NCBI GenBank assembly: GCA_944358625.1
Contig: CALVRL010000003.1
Span: 1 to 41,255 of the forward strand
DNA: 41,255 nt
DNA from: an uncultured Bacilli bacterium
GTDB lineage: Bacteria > Bacillota_I > Bacilli_A > RF39 > UBA660
Direction: 5' to 3'
Below the pieces are notes generated by a model. It made no database searches. It saw only the letters and a list, made by a program, of their open reading frames with translations, and was not told the DNA's origin. How positions within the stretch are numbered: position 1 is the first letter of the stretch; each line of letters starts with the position of its first letter. This document shows positions 37,978-41,255 of the stretch, piece after piece. The position numbers were made by a program, and so were the translations under genes.

Positions 37978-40116
37978 TTGTATGCTGATGTACTTGTAGA
38001 GATTATTTCTAAAGGAACTAATAAAACTTTTACTTATTATATTCCTAGTGATATGAAAGCCCATGTTGGAATGAAAGTTAAAGTTCCATTTGGTAAACGT
38101 GTTATTGAGGGTTTTATAATAAATATTCATAATAATAAACCTGAATATGAGGTAAAAAATATTATTTCTATTAGCGAATCTACTATTTTAAATAAAGAAA
38201 TGTTAAAATTAGGTGAATATATTAGTAAAAAAACTTTATCTCCCTTAACACTTTGCTATCAAACAATGCTTCCTAGTGCATTAAAAGCTAAAGAGAAAAA
38301 TAATGTTAATAAAAAAATGCTTAAATATTTAAAAGTTTTAAAAGAAGATAATCTAACAAGTGAGAAACAAAAAGAGGTTTTTGATTTTGTTAAGAAAAAA
38401 GTTGAGGTTTTAAAAAGTGAAGCTAATAAAATTTCTTCATCGGCTACAGCTACTTTAATTAAAAATGGTATTTTGGGTGAATTTTTGAAAGAAGTTTATA
38501 GATTAGAAGATGATATAGAAATAGATAAAAAAAATTATAATTTAACTATAGATCAAGAAAATGTTATTAAAAGTATTAAATTTGATACCTTTAAACCTTA
38601 TTTACTTTATGGCGTTACTGGTAGTGGTAAGACTTTGGTTTATATTAAACTTATTGAAGACGTTTTAAAAAAGGGTAAAGAAGCTATATTACTTGTTCCA
38701 GAAATTAGTTTAACACCACAGGTTACAGAAATATTTAAAAAAAGATTTGGTAAAGTGGTGGCTATTTTACATAGTTCTTTAAGTGATGGTGAAAAATATG
38801 ATGAGTGGAGAAAAATAGAAAGAAAAGAGGTTTCTATTGTTATAGGTGCTAGAAGTGCTATTTTTGCTCCTTTTACTAATTTGGGTATTATCATTGTCGA
38901 TGAAGAACATTCTGATACTTATAAACAGGAAAATAACCCTAAATATAATGCTATAGATATTGCTTTAAAAAGAGGTAAGACTTATGATATTCCTGTTGTT
39001 TTAGGTAGTGCGACGCCAAGTATTGAAAGTTATACTAGAGCTAAAATTGGAGTTTATGAACTTTTAACAATGAAAAATAGAGTAAATAAAACTTTACCTG
39101 AAGTTTATTTAGTTAATATGAAAGATGAATTTAAAAAGGGTAATCGGATATTTTCTTCTTTATTTAAAGAAAAACTAAATGATAGATTAAATAAAGGTGA
39201 ACAGGTTTTAGTTTTACTTAATAGAAGGGGATTTTCAACTACAATAACATGTCATGAATGTGGATTTACTCATAAATGCCCTAATTGTGATATTCCACTT
39301 ACTTATCATAAAAACGGAAATATTATGAGATGTCATTATTGTGATTATAAAGTTCCTAAATTATTAGAATGTCCAGTATGTCATAGTAAAAAAATCGATT
39401 CTTTAGGTATGGGAACAGAAAGATTAGAAAGTTTAATCAAAGATGAATTTAAAAATGCGAATGTTGTTCGTATGGATGCAGATACTACTAGAAATAAAGG
39501 TATGCATAAAAAAATTATTGATGATTTTAAAAATGAAAAATTTGATATTTTAGTTGGTACACAGATGATAGCAAAAGGACTTGATTTTCCTAAAGTTACT
39601 TTAGTTTGTGTTATTAATGGTGATGCTTCACTTAATATTCCTGATTTTAGAAGTGCTGAAAGAACATTTGAACTTTTATGTCAAGTAGCTGGTAGAGCTG
39701 GTAGAGATAAAATTAAAGGGGAAGTTATTATACAAGGTTTTAATGTTGATCATTATAGTATGTTGTGCGCTAAAAATAATGACTATGAAAAATTTTATAA
39801 TGAAGAAATGAAAATTCGTAAAACTTTAAAATATCCACCATATTATAATCTTTGTTTAATTAAAGTTAGTGGAAAAAATTATGATAATGTTTTTTCTGAA
39901 GCTAATAAGATTGTGACATATTTAAAAAATAATTTAGATAATATTATTTTAGGCCCAGCTTCAGCTAATATGCCTAAAATAAACAATATTTATTATGTTC
40001 AAATTATTATTAAATTTAAAAAAACAAAAGATATTTTGAGTAGTTTGGAATTTATTAAATTACATTATCAAAACAAAATTAATGTTGATATAGATTTAAA
40101 TCCTCTTAGAATATAG
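37978..40116 (+). CDS. priA: Primosomal protein N' (PriA)
   Basis: GVTGSGKT, LVPEISLTPQ, DEEH, four CxxC pairs, GTQMIAKGLDF, QVAGRAGR. Confidence 0.98.
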   Translation: MYADVLVEIISKGTNKTFTYYIPSDMKAHVGMKVKVPFGKRVIEGFIINIHNNKPEYEVKNIISISESTILNKEMLKLGEYISKKTLSPLTLCYQTMLPSALKAKEKNNVNKKMLKYLKVLKEDNLTSEKQKEVFDFVKKKVEVLKSEANKISSSATATLIKNGILGEFLKEVYRLEDDIEIDKKNYNLTIDQENVIKSIKFDTFKPYLLYGVTGSGKTLVYIKLIEDVLKKGKEAILLVPEISLTPQVTEIFKKRFGKVVAILHSSLSDGEKYDEWRKIERKEVSIVIGARSAIFAPFTNLGIIIVDEEHSDTYKQENNPKYNAIDIALKRGKTYDIPVVLGSATPSIESYTRAKIGVYELLTMKNRVNKTLPEVYLVNMKDEFKKGNRIFSSLFKEKLNDRLNKGEQVLVLLNRRGFSTTITCHECGFTHKCPNCDIPLTYHKNGNIMRCHYCDYKVPKLLECPVCHSKKIDSLGMGTERLESLIKDEFKNANVVRMDADTTRNKGMHKKIIDDFKNEKFDILVGTQMIAKGLDFPKVTLVCVINGDASLNIPDFRSAERTFELLCQVAGRAGRDKIKGEVIIQGFNVDHYSMLCAKNNDYEKFYNEEMKIRKTLKYPPYYNLCLIKVSGKNYDNVFSEANKIVTYLKNNLDNIILGPASANMPKINNIYYVQIIIKFKKTKDILSSLEFIKLHYQNKINVDIDLNPLRI

Positions 40117-40155
40117 CTGTTTGCTTTATTAAGAGAAATGTGTTATTATGTATAT

Positions 40156-40269
40156 AGATGAAGGAAACTTCATATAATAAAAAAAGGAACATTCAATACT
40201 TCCATGTTGGATGTTGCCAAATAATTTTGGTTGTCACCTAATCACAGATGTGTTAGGTGATTTTCTTTT
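40156..40269 (+). ncRNA. Putative antitoxin sRNA 1
   Basis: TTGCTT-N17-TATTAT promoter (40121-40149, extended TG), 5' GAAA-loop hairpin, terminator TCACCTAA...TTAGGTGA plus T-run; convergent on the peptide gene. Confidence 0.7.
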
Positions 40270-40351
40270 ATATTAAAGTTATTAATAATAACGATAATTG
40301 AAAGAAGATAATAATGAGTAAGTTTAAGATTAAAAAATCTTTCTTGTTCAT
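40268..40351 (-). CDS. Putative type I toxin peptide 1 (27 aa) MNKKDFLILNLLIIIFFQLSLLLITLI
   Basis: RBS GGGAGG; one hydrophobic helix; own TTGATT-N17-TATACT promoter at 40444-40416; paralogs in the other units. Confidence 0.8.
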   Translation of the reverse strand: MNKKDFLILNLLIIIFFQLSLLLITLI

Positions 40352-40510
40352 TAAATCGCCTCCCTTCTAAATAGAAGTTTGGCAATCACCCAACTATCAA
40401 ATGTTCCTTAATATAAGTATAACAAACAGTTATATATAAATCAATGCAATTTATTACATTTTGTTAAATTTTAATTTGCTTTATTAAGAGAAATGTGTTA
40501 TTATGTATAT

Positions 40511-40622
40511 AGATGAAGGAAACTTCATATAATAAAAAAGGAACATTCAATACTTCCATGTTGGATGTTGCAAAAAAATTGTTGTTTCCACCTAATCACA
40601 GATGTGTTAGGTGGTTTTCTTT
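40511..40622 (+). ncRNA. Putative antitoxin sRNA 2
   Basis: Same promoter (40476-40504); terminator CCACCTAA...TTAGGTGG plus T-run. Confidence 0.7.
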
Positions 40623-40704
40623 ATATTAATACTTTATAAAGTAGAAATACAAGTGAAAAGATAAGGAAGATTAAAGATAAAATTAAAAAATCTTTTTTAC
40701 TCAT
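40621..40704 (-). CDS. Putative type I toxin peptide 2 (27 aa) MSKKDFLILSLIFLIFSLVFLLYKVLI
   Basis: RBS GGGAGG; frame and hydrophobicity conserved relative to peptide 1. Confidence 0.8.
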   Translation of the reverse strand: MSKKDFLILSLIFLIFSLVFLLYKVLI

Positions 40705-40864
40705 CTTATCAGCCTCCCTTCTAAATAGAAGTTTAGCTCCACCCAACTATCAAACGTTCCTTAATATAAGTATAACAAACAGTTATATATAAATCAATGC
40801 AATTTATTACATTTTGTTAAAATTCTAATTTGCTTTATTAAGAAAAATGTGATATTATGTATAT

Positions 40865-40989
40865 AGATGAAGGAAACTTCATAAAATAAAAAAAGGAACA
40901 TTCAATACTTCCATGTTGAATGCGACCTATATATTTTCTATCGCACCTAAATCACTAGAAGCTAATGAGTTAGGTGCGCTTTTCTATTT
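40865..40989 (+). ncRNA. Putative antitoxin sRNA 3
   Basis: Promoter 40830-40858; terminator CGCACCTAA...TTAGGTGCG plus T-rich tail. Confidence 0.68.
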
Positions 40990-41061
40990 AAATAATAATG
41001 TAAATATTAAAATAAATAGAAGCAGGATTATGAAAAAGAAATAGTTATCTCTTTTAGACAT
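40984..41061 (-). CDS. Putative type I toxin peptide 3 (25 aa) MSKRDNYFFFIILLLFILIFTLLFK
   Basis: RBS AAGGAGGTG; hydrophobic helix; same position in the unit. Confidence 0.78.
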   Translation of the reverse strand: MSKRDNYFFFIILLLFILIFTLLFK

Positions 41062-41240
41062 AAACACCACCTCCTTAATGGAGATCGCACCCAAATTATT
41101 GAATATTCCTTAATACAAATATAACAAACAGTTATATATAAATCAACACAATTTATTACATTTTGTTAATTTTATTTATTTTTCATGTAAAGCTAGTGAA
41201 TTTTTTTAATGTGTGATAAAATATTAAATAAGGTGATGAT

Positions 41241-41255
41241 ATGGACTTTGATAAA
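41241..41255 (+). CDS. Start of a CDS running off the window (MDFDK...)
   Basis: RBS AAGGTGA followed by ATG; too short to identify. Confidence 0.4.

Larger units (their letters stand above)
40121..41170. repeat. Three tandem ~355-bp units (starts 40121, 40476, 40830), each a putative type I toxin-antitoxin module
   Basis: Near-identical TTGCTTTATTAAGA...ATGAAGGAAACTTCAT...GGAACATTCAATACTTCCATGTTG and ATAACAAACAGTTATATATAAATCAA blocks flank variable cores. Confidence 0.95.

Noticed and set aside
1106-38894. Many short ORFs nested in or antisense to long genes (e.g. 1106-1342, 4500-4709, 5824-6084, 9768-10022, 11250-11516, 14147-14410, 16316-16912, 17578-17799, 18364-18987, 24515-24739, 25085-25291, 26822-27055, 31623-31823, 38640-38894)
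   Set aside because: They overlap well-supported genes, and I saw no convincing RBS or motifs; their F/L/I/S-rich composition is what antisense frames of AT-rich genes produce.
40121-41170. CRISPR array or DGR/retron interpretation of the terminal repeats
   Set aside because: Units are ~355 bp with promoters and peptide ORFs, not 25-45 bp repeats with unique spacers. No cas or reverse transcriptase gene is in the window.

Overview
A very AT-rich chromosomal window from a low-GC Firmicute (Bacilli). Reduced operons alongside sporulation and peptidoglycan genes suggest an RF39-like gut lineage, which is an inference only. The backbone is housekeeping: rmuC, rnr-smpB-ssrA, dacB-spmAB-rluB, a gerK-type germinant receptor operon, rlmD, rimP-nusA-ylxR-infB-rbfA, L20 leader-infC-rpmI-rplT, mraY, tig and priA. 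There are three accessory regions. (1) The 3' end of an IS200/IS605 tnpB with its omegaRNA/right end, followed by three tandem DUF1016/YhcG PD-(D/E)XK nuclease paralogs. Each paralog carries a different GC-rich DNA palindrome in its variable segment, always centred on CA-N-TG in the same codon register; this is the most striking signal in the window. (2) A cluster of GNAT, ADP-ribosylglycohydrolase-alpha/beta-hydrolase fusion, ASCH and Rpn-type nuclease genes. The Rpn gene shares an unusual promoter-like motif with the DUF1016 array. (3) Three ~355-bp tandem units absent from the ORF track, each built like a type I toxin-antitoxin module (25-27 aa hydrophobic peptide plus convergent sRNA). Other oddities are an L20-Rho_N fusion, a half-length RimP, an AUC start for infC, a tmRNA tag ending in AFA, and a zinc-metalloprotease gene broken at several poly-A runs. 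All calls come from reading the sequence by eye; no database searches were run.
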